NCBI GenBank assembly: GCA_026713485.1 | Contig: JAPOOK010000007.1 | Span: 886-64,885 of the forward strand | Source: Chloroflexota bacterium | GTDB taxonomy: Bacteria > Chloroflexota > Dehalococcoidia > UBA6926 | Direction: 5' to 3' | DNA length: 64,000 nt | The notes under the pieces: generated by a model | Databases searched by the model: none | Told to the model about the DNA's origin: nothing | What the model saw: the letters and a program-made list of their open reading frames with translations, nothing else | Made by a program: the position numbers and the translations under genes | Part shown: positions 44,436-55,594 of the stretch, one piece after another | Numbering within the stretch: the stretch's first letter is position 1 | Layout: the number at the start of each line of letters is the position of its first letter

Positions 44436-46760
44436 ATGACAACCGGTCGAAAGAAGTCGACAACCACACGCAAGACAAAGAAGACGCCTGCATCAACCAA
44501 GGGCCGCTCATCGACTGCCCGTCGGTCGAGCGCGGCGACCCGCAGCAATATTGTCCCCGGCGGCGATGTCGTCATCGTTGAGTCGCCCGCCAAGGCTCGC
44601 ACGCTTTCCCGCATCCTGGGTAACGGCTACAACGTCCTCGCCTCCGTCGGCCACGTCCGCGACCTGCCCAAGAGCAAGTTGGCCATCGACGTGGATGCGG
44701 ATTTCGCGCCTGACTACGTGGTGCCGCGTGACAAATCTGCTGTCGTCAAGGAAATCAAAGCCGCTGCGAGCGCCGCGGGCATCGTTTATCTCGCAACAGA
44801 CCCTGACCGTGAGGGCGAGGCCATCGCATGGCATCTGATGCATGCAGCCGCCATTCCACAGGAGCGGATCCGCCGGGTCGTATTCCATGAGGTGACGGAG
44901 AACGCCGTCCGCCGCGCCTTTGAAGAATCCGAAGGCAACGATTCGACTGAGTCTCGCGGCGAGCCTCGCGGCATCGATGTTGATCTTGTAAATGCCTACC
45001 AGGCGCGCCGCGTCCTTGACCGCCTCGTCGGATACCGCCTTAGCCCCGTTCTCTGGAGCAAGGTCCGCAAGGGACTCTCTGCAGGCCGCGTGCAATCTGC
45101 CGCGCTCCGCCTTGTCGTTGAACGCGAAGCAGAAATCGACGCATTCGTGCCCCAAGAGTATTGGGAAATCGACGCCGACCTCGCAACCCAGGCGGCACTG
45201 GCAGTTTCGCCTGAAGAGCTCGCTGCGCGTTACAGGTCGGAGTTGGGCGGAAGCCGCGCCGTCGTTATCCCGAATCAGGAGACCGCTGACAGGATTCTCG
45301 AGGACCTGCGCGCCAGCTCTTACCAGATCGCATCCGTCCGCCGCCGCGAGACCACACGCCGCCCCGGCCCGCCATTCATCACGTCCACACTCCAGCAGGA
45401 GGCGTTCCGCAAGCTGCGATTCACAGCCCGCCGGACCATGACCGTCGCACAGCAGCTCTATGAAGGACTGTCCATCGGCAATGAGGGCCCCATTGGCCTC
45501 ATCACCTACATGCGGACGGATTCAACCAACATGGCGAATGAGGCCGTGCAAGAGGCGCGAGCCGTCATCGGCAATCGCTACGGCAAGGATCACGTCCCTG
45601 CCTCACCCCGGTCATTCTCGCGCCGCGTCAAGGGAGCGCAAGAAGCCCATGAGGCGATCCGCCCCACGTCCTTCATGCGCGACCCGGATTCTCTGCGAAA
45701 CTCTTTGAACCGCGAGCAATTCAACCTGTACCAACTCATCTGGCAGAGGGCGCTCGCATCACAGATGGCCGACGCGAAGTTCGACCAGACGACGGTAGAC
45801 ATCACAGCCTCCGGCGCGCCGTCCGGCGTCAGCCATACCCTCCGCGTCAGCGGGTCCATCATGACGTTCTCCGGCTACCTGGCCGTCTATCGCGAGGGCC
45901 TTGATGAGCCGGACGCGGAATCCGACGAGGGGCGAGTGCTCCCGGATATGCGGGAAGGACAGCCGCTCGACCTGCGCAATGTCGCGGGAACGCAGCGCTT
46001 CACGCAGCCCCCGCCCCGCTTCACGGAGGCCACCCTGATCAGGGCGCTGGAAGAGCGCGGCATCGGACGCCCAAGCACCTACGCCGCCATCCTCAGCACC
46101 ATCCAGGATCGCGGCTACGTGGACAAGGCGGACAACCGCTTCCGACCCCTCAAGCTCGGCACCGCGGTGTCCGGTCTCCTCTCACAGCATTTCCCCGAGA
46201 TTGTCAGCTTCGATTTCACATCCCGCATCGAAGAGGAGCTTGACGATGTTGCGCGGGGCGAGCGCGAGTGGGTGCCCGTGCTGAGAGAGTTCTACGGCCC
46301 GTTCAATGAGAAGATCGACACGGCCCAGGCGAACATTGAGCGCGTCAGCAACATCGACGAGGAGACGGACGAGATTTGCCCGGACTGCGGCGCGAACATG
46401 GTCATCAAACGCGGCCGCTACGGCCCGTTCCTTTCATGCTCGCGATTCCCTGAGTGTCGCGGCATGAAGCGCATTCAGAAGGGCACAGGCGCACATTGCC
46501 CGGACTGCGGAGGCGAACTCGTGCAGCGATCGTCCCGCAAGTCTCGCCGCCCCTTCTACGGCTGCTCCAATTACCCCAACTGCAACTTCCTCACCAACCA
46601 GGAACCGTTGCCTCAACCCTGCCCTGATTGCAGCGGCCTTGTTGTTGCTTCGAGCCGAACCAATGCCACCTGCAATGACAAGGAATGTGGTTGGCAGGGC
46701 TCCCGCGAGGAGCTCACCGCCGAACAGCCGCAAGCTGAACCCCAACTCGTCGAAGTCTAA
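44436..46760 (+). CDS. topA: DNA topoisomerase I
   Basis: 774 aa. TOPRIM VVIVESPAKA, the type IA core, and C-terminal CxxC zinc ribbons (CPDCGANM.., CPDCGGEL.., CPDCSG..). Confidence 0.95.
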   Translation: MTTGRKKSTTTRKTKKTPASTKGRSSTARRSSAATRSNIVPGGDVVIVESPAKARTLSRILGNGYNVLASVGHVRDLPKSKLAIDVDADFAPDYVVPRDKSAVVKEIKAAASAAGIVYLATDPDREGEAIAWHLMHAAAIPQERIRRVVFHEVTENAVRRAFEESEGNDSTESRGEPRGIDVDLVNAYQARRVLDRLVGYRLSPVLWSKVRKGLSAGRVQSAALRLVVEREAEIDAFVPQEYWEIDADLATQAALAVSPEELAARYRSELGGSRAVVIPNQETADRILEDLRASSYQIASVRRRETTRRPGPPFITSTLQQEAFRKLRFTARRTMTVAQQLYEGLSIGNEGPIGLITYMRTDSTNMANEAVQEARAVIGNRYGKDHVPASPRSFSRRVKGAQEAHEAIRPTSFMRDPDSLRNSLNREQFNLYQLIWQRALASQMADAKFDQTTVDITASGAPSGVSHTLRVSGSIMTFSGYLAVYREGLDEPDAESDEGRVLPDMREGQPLDLRNVAGTQRFTQPPPRFTEATLIRALEERGIGRPSTYAAILSTIQDRGYVDKADNRFRPLKLGTAVSGLLSQHFPEIVSFDFTSRIEEELDDVARGEREWVPVLREFYGPFNEKIDTAQANIERVSNIDEETDEICPDCGANMVIKRGRYGPFLSCSRFPECRGMKRIQKGTGAHCPDCGGELVQRSSRKSRRPFYGCSNYPNCNFLTNQEPLPQPCPDCSGLVVASSRTNATCNDKECGWQGSREELTAEQPQAEPQLVEV

Positions 46761-46773
46761 TCGGCGCAGAATC

Positions 46774-46873
46774 CCCCCCTCTTGACGGGGGGGGGCGAGG
46801 GAGGGGGTGAGCCTCCTTGCCATCACCACGTCATTCCCGCGAAGGCGGGAATCTGAATCCCATTGCGCCAACC
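46774..46873. repeat. REP-like units downstream of topA
   Basis: CCCCCCTCTTGACGGGGGGGG..GAGGGAGGGGGTGAG, then GTCATTCCCGCGAAGGCGGGAATCTGAATCCCATTGCGCCAACC (46830-46873). The latter matches 59219-59262 except in the hairpin loop (GAAG vs GCAG). Confidence 0.85.
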
Positions 46874-46929
46874 ATCTGGTAGCGCGACTCAAGGCTCCCC
46901 TCACCCCATTTTCAAACCTGGTCTAAAAT

Positions 46930-47958
46930 GTGTGTATGGCACAAGCACGCGCTCAGACTGTAGACGAGCCGACGGACGCCGCTCCAATCCCCCAAGAGTG
47001 GGCCGCCCGGCTCAAGGATTTCGCCGAGTTCCTCGAATATGAACGCGGTGCATCCCGCTATACGCTCCGCAACTACATGAGCGACATCGGCCTATTCCTG
47101 CAATTCCTGGCCGAGGTGGGCGTCAAGCAGCTGCCGAACGCCACCCGCGACCACGCGCAACGATGGGTCTATGACCTCACGATGGACGGCTCGGCCCGTT
47201 CCTCCATCGCCCGTCGTCTCTCCGCTCTCCGTTCTTTCTGGCGCTTCCTGGCACGCGAGGGTGTCATCGAAAACCCCGAAGTAATCACGAAGACACCCTC
47301 ACCCAAGATCGGCCGCCGCCTGCCGGACCTCCTCTCTGAACGCGATGCCGAGCGGCTCGTCCACGCGCCGCTCCGGTTCGCAACCCGCATTGATGCATCA
47401 ACCGTGGACAAGCAGGCGGCCCTGCAGCGCGCCCTCGCCCTGCGAGACCATGCCGTCCTGGAACTCGCCTACGGCGCGGGTCTGCGTGTGGCGGAAATCG
47501 CCTCACTGGACCTGGCAGGGCTTGATCTCCGCAACCGCGTCGCTCGTGTGTGGGGTAAACGCTCCAAACAACGCGAGACTCTCTTCGGAGAACCCTGCCG
47601 AGAGGCCCTCGCAATGTATATCAACGATGCTCGCCCGCTGCTTGCCCGAGGAATCAGGACACGCGCCGCGGTCTTCCTGAATAGTCGTGGCGGACGCCTG
47701 ACCACGCGCGGCATCGAACTCTCCCTCAAGAAGTGGGCCCGTGTAGAGAACCTCCCGGAGGACATCCATCCCCACACCCTCCGCCACTCATTTGCCACGC
47801 ATATGCTGGACGGCGGCGCGGATCTGCGACTCGTGCAAGAGATGCTTGGTCACGCCTCCGTCGCCACCACGGAAATCTACACCCACGTCTCGCAGGCACA
47901 GATGGCGCAAGCATACGCCCGCGCCCACCCCGGCATGAACCGCGACGACGATACGTAA
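46930..47958 (+). CDS. xerC: Tyrosine recombinase XerC/XerD family
   Basis: Catalytic motifs: R in [24 protein letters not shown], and TEIYTHV. It sits in the conserved dprA-topA-xerC context. Confidence 0.85.
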   Translation: MCMAQARAQTVDEPTDAAPIPQEWAARLKDFAEFLEYERGASRYTLRNYMSDIGLFLQFLAEVGVKQLPNATRDHAQRWVYDLTMDGSARSSIARRLSALRSFWRFLAREGVIENPEVITKTPSPKIGRRLPDLLSERDAERLVHAPLRFATRIDASTVDKQAALQRALALRDHAVLELAYGAGLRVAEIASLDLAGLDLRNRVARVWGKRSKQRETLFGEPCREALAMYINDARPLLARGIRTRAAVFLNSRGGRLTTRGIELSLKKWARVENLPEDIHPHTLRHSFATHMLDGGADLRLVQEMLGHASVATTEIYTHVSQAQMAQAYARAHPGMNRDDDT

Positions 47959-48086
47959 TCTCAACGAAAAGACATTCCCGACTGATAGAATGGCACCAAG
48001 GGAGCGGGACGCACCGGCTGCTAAGGCCGGAACGCGAAACACTTACTCCCCTGACATTTCGACACTGAACGCGAACGACAAAAAGC

Positions 48087-48527
48087 ATGAGAATACTGCT
48101 GATTAACGGCCCGAACCTGAATCGCCTGGGCCAAAGGGATCCCGCCGTCTACGGCACGACAACCCTCGCCGAGATCGAGGAAACCTTCACTTCACGCGTC
48201 AAGGAACGCGGCGCTGAGTGCGTCTGCTTCCAGTCGAACCACGAGGGCGGAATCGTCGATTTTCTTCAGTCGGAGATTCCAAATGGCATTGACGGCATCG
48301 TCATAAATCCTGGCGCGCTCACACACTACGGCCTCAGTCTCCGTGACGCCCTGCAGGACGTCGGCGCGCCCACCGTTGAAGTCCATCTCTCCAACATCCA
48401 CGCCCGTGAGGAGTTTCGGCGGCGCAGTGTCATCGCCCCCATCGCCCGTGGTCAGATGACGGGCTTCGGCTGGCGGGCCTACCTCTGGGCGTTAGACTAT
48501 CTCATAGATGAGCTCAGCCAGGGATAA
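48087..48527 (+). CDS. aroQ: Type II 3-dehydroquinate dehydratase
   Basis: MRILLINGPNLNRLGQRDPAVYG .. HLSNIHAREEFR. Confidence 0.95.
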   Translation: MRILLINGPNLNRLGQRDPAVYGTTTLAEIEETFTSRVKERGAECVCFQSNHEGGIVDFLQSEIPNGIDGIVINPGALTHYGLSLRDALQDVGAPTVEVHLSNIHAREEFRRRSVIAPIARGQMTGFGWRAYLWALDYLIDELSQG

Positions 48528-48535
48528 GAAGACCG

Positions 48536-49624
48536 ATGAGCGTCACAGACCGACTTACCAAGTTGCGTGAGGCGATGGAGCCCGCCGGCGTGGACGCCGT
48601 GTGGGTCTCCCAGCCCGAGAACCGCAGGTACATGAGCGGATTCAGCGGCTCCGCCGGCTCCCTCTTTATCACCCCTGAAAACGCCTTGCTCGCCACCGAC
48701 TCCCGCTACACAGAGCAGGCCGGCAAACAGTCGCCGGAGTACCAGGTCGTCCACATGGCCGGTCCGGGCAGCGAGTGGTTCAAGGAGATGCTGGCATCAA
48801 TGGGCGACGCGAAACGCGTCGGCTTCGAGGAATCCCACGTCACCGTCGCCACCCACAAACGGCTCGCCGATCTCTGCGGCGAGGCCGGTAAGGAACTCGT
48901 CCCCATCAACGACATCATCGAGACCATCCGAGCCATCAAGGACGACGCCGAGCGCGACGCCCTCATCTCCGCCATCCGCATCACGGACGAGGCATTTGTC
49001 GAAGTGCGCGACGCCCTGGAGCCGGGCGCGTCCGAACAGGACGTCGCGTGGCGCATTGAGATGGCCATGCGCAACCGCGGCGCGGAAAGCATCGCCTTCG
49101 ACCTGATCGTCGCATCCGGCCCAAACGGCGCGATGGCGCACCATAGCCCCTCCGCCGAGCCCATCGCCGTCGGCGCCCCAATCGTCATCGACATCGGCGC
49201 GCGTGTGGACGGCTATCACGCCGACATGACACGCACCATCTGCATCGGCGATCACGACGACCAGTTCCGGCGCATATATGACATTGTCCTAACCGCCCAG
49301 GAAACGGCTATAGCTACTATCGAAGAGGGCATGACGGGAGATCAGGCAGACGCCCTTGCGCGAAACATCATCGAAAAAGCAGGGCACGGCCCCGAGTTTG
49401 GCCATTCGCTCGGCCACGGTGTCGGCCTTGCAGTCCATGAATACCCTCGCCTTGGGCAGCGCGCGCCGGACGTCCTTACGCAGGGCATGATTTTCACCGT
49501 CGAGCCCGGCATCTACATCACCGGTTGGGGTGGAGTTCGCATTGAGGACATCGTTGAGTTCAAGGATGGGCGCTGCAGCGTCTTGAGCAGCGCGCCCAAG
49601 ATTAACGTGAAGAACGGGAGTTAG
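48536..49624 (+). CDS. pepP: Xaa-Pro aminopeptidase (M24 family)
   Basis: Creatinase-like N-domain plus M24 metal ligands (VIDIGARVDGYHADMTR .. GHGVGL .. EPG .. RIED). Confidence 0.88.
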   Translation: MSVTDRLTKLREAMEPAGVDAVWVSQPENRRYMSGFSGSAGSLFITPENALLATDSRYTEQAGKQSPEYQVVHMAGPGSEWFKEMLASMGDAKRVGFEESHVTVATHKRLADLCGEAGKELVPINDIIETIRAIKDDAERDALISAIRITDEAFVEVRDALEPGASEQDVAWRIEMAMRNRGAESIAFDLIVASGPNGAMAHHSPSAEPIAVGAPIVIDIGARVDGYHADMTRTICIGDHDDQFRRIYDIVLTAQETAIATIEEGMTGDQADALARNIIEKAGHGPEFGHSLGHGVGLAVHEYPRLGQRAPDVLTQGMIFTVEPGIYITGWGGVRIEDIVEFKDGRCSVLSSAPKINVKNGS

Positions 49625-49630
49625 CACGGA

Positions 49631-50188
49631 ATGATTGAAACCGGCGACCTTCGCCGAGGCGTAACCATTGAGATCGGCGGCACACTGTACCAGCTGCTCG
49701 ACTTTCACCACCTGAAGATCGGACGCGGCTCCGCGCAGGTCCGCATGAAGCTGCGCGACATCAAGGGCGGCCACACCATAGAGCGCACCGTCCAGGCCGG
49801 CGAGCGCTTCACCCGTGCCACGCTTGAGACCCGCTCCGTCCAGTTCCTCTACACCGAGGACGGCCTCTACCACTTCATGGACACCGAATCCTTTGAACAA
49901 TTCCCCGTCGACCGCGACCAAATCGAGGACTCCCTTCCCTACCTGACGGAGAACATGAACCTCGACATGGTCTTCTATCAGGACGCGCCCATCGGCGTCG
50001 AACTCCCGACAACTGTCACGTTGAAAATCGTCGAGACACCCCCCGCGTTCAAGGGCGACACCGCCAACGCCGGCACCAAGCCTGCCACGCTCGAGACCGG
50101 TCTCGTCATCACCGTCCCCATGTTCGTCGAGAACGGCATCGCCGTCGTCGTGGACACGCGTAGCGGCGACTACGTGGAGCGCGCCTAG
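49631..50188 (+). CDS. efp: Elongation factor P
   Basis: 185 aa. DLRRGVTIEIGGTLYQLLDFHHLKIGRGSAQVRMKLRD and the rest of the sequence fit EF-P. Confidence 0.95.
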   Translation: MIETGDLRRGVTIEIGGTLYQLLDFHHLKIGRGSAQVRMKLRDIKGGHTIERTVQAGERFTRATLETRSVQFLYTEDGLYHFMDTESFEQFPVDRDQIEDSLPYLTENMNLDMVFYQDAPIGVELPTTVTLKIVETPPAFKGDTANAGTKPATLETGLVITVPMFVENGIAVVVDTRSGDYVERA

Positions 50189-50201
50189 TTTCCCTTCACT
50201 A

Positions 50202-50879
50202 ATGCGCGCAGACTTCCACATCCACACCCGCGTCTCCCCCGATTCCCAGCTATCCCCCGAATCCCTCATCCGCGCCTGCCAGCGCAAGGGCATAGACATC
50301 ATCGCCGTCACGGATCACCACACCATCCGTGGCGCGCTTGCCGTTAGGGAGATCGCCCCGTTCCCCGTCATCATCGGCGCGGAACTCAAAACGGCGGATG
50401 GAGAGATCATCGGACTGTTCCTTAAAGAGGACATCCCGCGCGACCTCTCCGCCAAGGAGTCTGTCAAGCGCATCAAGGACCAGGGCGGCATCGTGCAGGT
50501 GCCACACCCGTTTGACCGATTCCGCCGCAAGCACATTACCCTTCCCGCTTTGATGGACATACTTCCAGACGTCGACATCATTGAAGCGTTCAACGCCCGC
50601 ACAACCCTTAGGAGCGACATCATGCGCGGCGTGGAGTTCATCCGCGAGCATGGGGAGCAACATGACATCCGGCCCGTCGGCGTCACGGACGCCCACACCG
50701 CCCGCGAGATCGGCAATGCCTATACGGACATACCGGCGTTTGAGGGACGCGACGACTTCATGGACGCCCTCCGCCATGCGTCAATCCACGGCAAGCGCAC
50801 CACGCCCCTCATCCACCTCGCCACGCGCTGGACTGTCTTCAGCCGGAAGATCGGCCTGGCGCGCCAATCCCATTCTTGA
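50202..50879 (+). CDS. PHP-domain metal-dependent phosphoesterase
   Basis: MRADFHIHTRVSPDS .. AVTDHHT .. QVPHP His/Asp motifs. Confidence 0.8.
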   Translation: MRADFHIHTRVSPDSQLSPESLIRACQRKGIDIIAVTDHHTIRGALAVREIAPFPVIIGAELKTADGEIIGLFLKEDIPRDLSAKESVKRIKDQGGIVQVPHPFDRFRRKHITLPALMDILPDVDIIEAFNARTTLRSDIMRGVEFIREHGEQHDIRPVGVTDAHTAREIGNAYTDIPAFEGRDDFMDALRHASIHGKRTTPLIHLATRWTVFSRKIGLARQSHS

Positions 50880-50900
50880 GAATCACGTTATAGTGTTGGC

Positions 50901-51254
50901 ATGGGACGAGTAGACGTTACTGTGCAAATCTCCAATCTCGAAAACACGCAAGCGAGAGAGGTAGAGGCGATGGTGGACACCGGAGCCACCTACTCCTTCA
51001 TGCCCGCATCGATGCTACGCGAGTTGGGTATTGCCCCGCACCGGACTATGACTTTCCGTCTTGCCGACGGGAGGACGGCAGAATATCCGGTCGGCCGGGG
51101 AATTGTGCGTGTCAACGGCTATGCCGAAGTGGTAGCTGTCTGCTTTGGTCCTGACGATGCTCGGCCTCTGGTCGGTGTGGTAACGCTTGAGGAGTTGGGC
51201 CTTGGAGTCGATCCCGTTAAGGGAGAGCTCATCGATCTAGAACCGACGCTGTAG
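50901..51254 (+). CDS. Retropepsin-like (clan AA) aspartic protease, stand-alone
   Basis: 117 aa with AMVDTGATYSFMP (D-T-G-A active-site motif). Confidence 0.7.
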   Translation: MGRVDVTVQISNLENTQAREVEAMVDTGATYSFMPASMLRELGIAPHRTMTFRLADGRTAEYPVGRGIVRVNGYAEVVAVCFGPDDARPLVGVVTLEELGLGVDPVKGELIDLEPTL

Positions 51255-51267
51255 GCTCCCCCTTTCT

Positions 51268-52428
51268 CTACGCCAGATTCCGCACCGCCGCGGCCAGTTG
51301 ATCCACTTCCTCTTCCGTATTGAAGAAGTGCAGTGATGCGCGCACACCCTCCGGATGTTCAATGTGGCGTACAACAATGCGGTTGTTCTCCCAGAGTTGA
51401 TCGTCAAGCGCATCTGGTTCCCAGCCCTCAACGGAGAATGAAACGAGACCGGACGCCAACGGCCCATCCTCCGGCGACAGCACGGTCACATGGGGTGATT
51501 CCCTCAGTTGGGCTTTGAGGCGAGATGCTAACTGGAGGTTGCGCGCCTCGATATTGCCGACCCCTATCGGCTCAATAAAGCGGGTCGCCTCTAGAAACGC
51601 CGCCTGCAGCGGGATGCTCCCTGATCCTCCAAGGAACTTGTCCATGGTGGCGGGATTCGGAACGATATGGTTCGGCGTGACTGGCGATTCCATGTGCCGC
51701 CCACCCGTATGCGCAGGATGAACAGCAGTGAGTAATTCTCGCCGGATGTAAAGCGCCCCCACACCCTCAAACCCCAGCATCCACTTCTGGCCAGGTATGG
51801 AGTAGTAGTCATAGTCGTCGGCCACCATATCCAGCGCAATGTGTCCCGCCGTCTGTGCCCCGTCCAGAAGAATTTCCGCGCCGTTCTCATGCGCCATCCG
51901 TGCAAGTTCGGGAGCGGGCATCCGCATCCCGGTTGAATACTGGATGTGGCTGATGAAGATCAGCCGCGTCCTGGGTGTCATGGCCGCCTGGAATTTCTCC
52001 AGGATGACGTCGGCGGGATCGTGAGGATCCAACGCGACGATGCGAACGCCAACCCTGTAACGCAGGCCAATCATCCACGCGGGCGCAAGAACGGACGGAT
52101 GCTCCAGGCTGCACGTAACGATCTCGTCGCCCGGCTGCCAGTCCAACCCGCTCATGACGATATTGAGCCCTTCGGTTGTGTTGCGCGTCATGACCAGTTC
52201 TTCTTCGGAGGCATTCATCAGCCTGCCGACGGCCTGCAGGGCCTGTCCGCGAATCTCCCGCGCCGTCTCAATCACCCGCATACTGGCCGGCGGCTCCATC
52301 GCCTCCATATCAATGCGGTTCTTTATGGCCTCTACAACCGACAAAGGCGACGGCCCTGACCACCCGGTGTTCATCCAGACTTGATTTGCAAGCGCCGGTA
52401 TCTGGGATCGAAGTTGTGCAACATCCAT
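51268..52428 (-). CDS. Aminotransferase class V / cysteine-desulfurase-like PLP enzyme
   Basis: 386 aa with SHIQYSTG and the PLP-lysine context SIPGQKWMLG. Confidence 0.8.
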   Translation of the reverse strand: MDVAQLRSQIPALANQVWMNTGWSGPSPLSVVEAIKNRIDMEAMEPPASMRVIETAREIRGQALQAVGRLMNASEEELVMTRNTTEGLNIVMSGLDWQPGDEIVTCSLEHPSVLAPAWMIGLRYRVGVRIVALDPHDPADVILEKFQAAMTPRTRLIFISHIQYSTGMRMPAPELARMAHENGAEILLDGAQTAGHIALDMVADDYDYYSIPGQKWMLGFEGVGALYIRRELLTAVHPAHTGGRHMESPVTPNHIVPNPATMDKFLGGSGSIPLQAAFLEATRFIEPIGVGNIEARNLQLASRLKAQLRESPHVTVLSPEDGPLASGLVSFSVEGWEPDALDDQLWENNRIVVRHIEHPEGVRASLHFFNTEEEVDQLAAAVRNLA

Positions 52429-52481
52429 TTGTTAATCTCCTCCAGCGACTATCGTACACGCCCCGATGCTACGCTTAGCCA

Positions 52482-53315
52482 ATGGCGACTGACGACGCAA
52501 CAGCATCACGCCCTCCCCTCCGCATTGGCTGGCTCTCGACAGGACGCGGTCCCGGCTCTCGTGGGCTCCTCGCAGCGGCGCACAAGGCAATTGACGACGG
52601 CGGGCTCAACGCATCCATCGACTACGTTCTCTGCACGCGTGCGCGTGGCGAGGCTGAGGGCAGCGACTTGTTCCTCGACCAAGCCGAGAGTCACGGCCTG
52701 ACCACTGTATCGCTCTCACTCCGCGATTATCGCCAACACCGTGCCCAAAACCCCTCATGGAGAGACCGCTACAACGCCGACCTGTTATCCGTCATTCAAG
52801 ACCGACCGGTCGACGCCCTGGTGTTCGCGGGCCTCATGCTCATCGTCAGCGAGGACATCGTTAATGCCTACCCTACACTCAATCTCCACCCCGCCCTACC
52901 CGGCGGGCCCGTAGGCGCGTGGCAGGACGTCATATGGGAGCTGATTGCCACGCAAGCGGAAGAAACCGGCGTCATGGTGCAATTATCGACGGCAGAAGTC
53001 GATAGAGGCCCCGTGATTGCCTGGTGCCGTTTCGCAATTCGAGGGCCGGAGTTCGACAGCCTCTGGGATGATATCGCCGGACAGTCTCTCGATACCCTGC
53101 GACAAAAACACGGTGAAGAGCACCCCTTGTTCGCCAGGATCCGCCGGGAGGGCCTCCGACGCGAGGCCCTGACACTCGTCGAGGCGCTGCGTCAGATTGC
53201 TGACGATAACGTAAGAATCGGTGACGACCGGGTCGTGACAGATGGCAACGGTCAGCCGCTGCAAAACGGCCTCGATATAACGGACAGAATCGAGGCGTTA
53301 ATTAGAGAATCCTGA
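52482..53315 (+). CDS. Formyltransferase-domain protein (PurN-like) with a C-terminal extension
   Basis: LRIGWLSTGRGPGS .. LNLHPALPGGPVG formyl-transferase core, with about 80 extra C-terminal residues. Confidence 0.55.
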   Translation: MATDDATASRPPLRIGWLSTGRGPGSRGLLAAAHKAIDDGGLNASIDYVLCTRARGEAEGSDLFLDQAESHGLTTVSLSLRDYRQHRAQNPSWRDRYNADLLSVIQDRPVDALVFAGLMLIVSEDIVNAYPTLNLHPALPGGPVGAWQDVIWELIATQAEETGVMVQLSTAEVDRGPVIAWCRFAIRGPEFDSLWDDIAGQSLDTLRQKHGEEHPLFARIRREGLRREALTLVEALRQIADDNVRIGDDRVVTDGNGQPLQNGLDITDRIEALIRES

Positions 53316-53320
53316 CTCCC

Positions 53321-53442
53321 GTCATTCCCAGCCCATATCCGTCATTCCCGCGAACGCGGGAATCTGAATCCTGGAATGCCATCCAATACAGTAACGCCAA
53401 CCGCCAAAACCCCCTCTCTGTAGGAGAGGGTTGGGGCGAAGG
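53321..53442. repeat. REP-like units between the convergent purN-like and clpX genes
   Basis: GTCATTCCCAGCC (53321), then GTCATTCCCGCGAACGCGGGAATCTGAATCC (53341-53371), then CCCTCTCTGTAGGAGAGGGTTGGGGCGAAGG (53412-53442). On the minus strand the last hairpin is followed by GGTTTTGG and may terminate clpX. Confidence 0.85.
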
Positions 53443-53450
53443 CAAAAAGG

Positions 53451-54788
<1,338 letters not shown>

Positions 54789-54869
54789 GCCCTTGCCTTT
54801 ACTCCTCCCCCGTCACCGAGTCTAAGGCAACCCTAAAGCCCGTCCCGCACGAGCCTCTATTCCTGGCAG

Positions 54870-55544
54870 TTATGCGGCGCTGGCATCGTTGCTCTCGCCT
54901 TCCGGTCCCGAGAGCACCTCATCAACGATGCCGTACTCCCTGGCCTGGTCCGCAGTGAGATAGTAGTCGCGATCCATGTCACGCGCCACCTTCTCCACCG
55001 GTTGCCCGGAATGCCGCGACAGAATACCACGGATGATCTCCTGCAGACGCAGGATCTCACGCGCCGCAATCTCAATATCCGCAGCCTGTCCCTGCGCGCC
55101 GCCCATGGCCTGGTGCATGTGAATCGTCGAGTTCGGCAGGGCGTACCGTTTGCCCGCCGCTCCGGCAGTCAATAGCACCGTTGCCATGCTTGCCGCCATT
55201 CCCACGCAGATCGTGGAAACGTCTGCGCGAATCAGCTGGATTGTGTCATAGATGGCCAGGCCGGATGTGATGACGCCGCCCGGGCTGCTGATATACAGCG
55301 AAATGTCCTTGTCGGGATCTTCCCGGTCCAGGTACAGCAGCTGTGCCACGACAAGATTTGCAATCTGGTCATTGATGGGCGTGCCAAGAAAGATAATCCG
55401 CTCCTTGAGCAGGAGGGAATAGATGTCAAAGGCCCGCTCGCCCCGCGCCCCGGTCTCAATGACCATCGGCACGATTCCCTGCGGCCCCGCCGGCACGATG
55501 CCTCCAGGCATTCCTTCGCCCGTTCCGCCTGTCCACGTTGTCAT
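54870..55544 (-). CDS. clpP: ATP-dependent Clp protease proteolytic subunit ClpP
   Basis: [22 protein letters not shown] .. GMAASMA .. MHQ catalytic context. Confidence 0.95.
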   Translation of the reverse strand: MTTWTGGTGEGMPGGIVPAGPQGIVPMVIETGARGERAFDIYSLLLKERIIFLGTPINDQIANLVVAQLLYLDREDPDKDISLYISSPGGVITSGLAIYDTIQLIRADVSTICVGMAASMATVLLTAGAAGKRYALPNSTIHMHQAMGGAQGQAADIEIAAREILRLQEIIRGILSRHSGQPVEKVARDMDRDYYLTADQAREYGIVDEVLSGPEGESNDASAA

Positions 55545-55594
55545 TTCGCTAAGTCTCCTCTGACGTGTCCGTCGGGCCCATGCGCCCGTTGGTG

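Noticed and set aside
46930-47958. The tyrosine recombinase as an integrase marking a mobile element next to the tRNA genes.
   Set aside because: It has XerC/D-like length and motifs and sits in the conserved housekeeping dprA-topA-xerC arrangement. There are no flanking direct repeats or phage genes.
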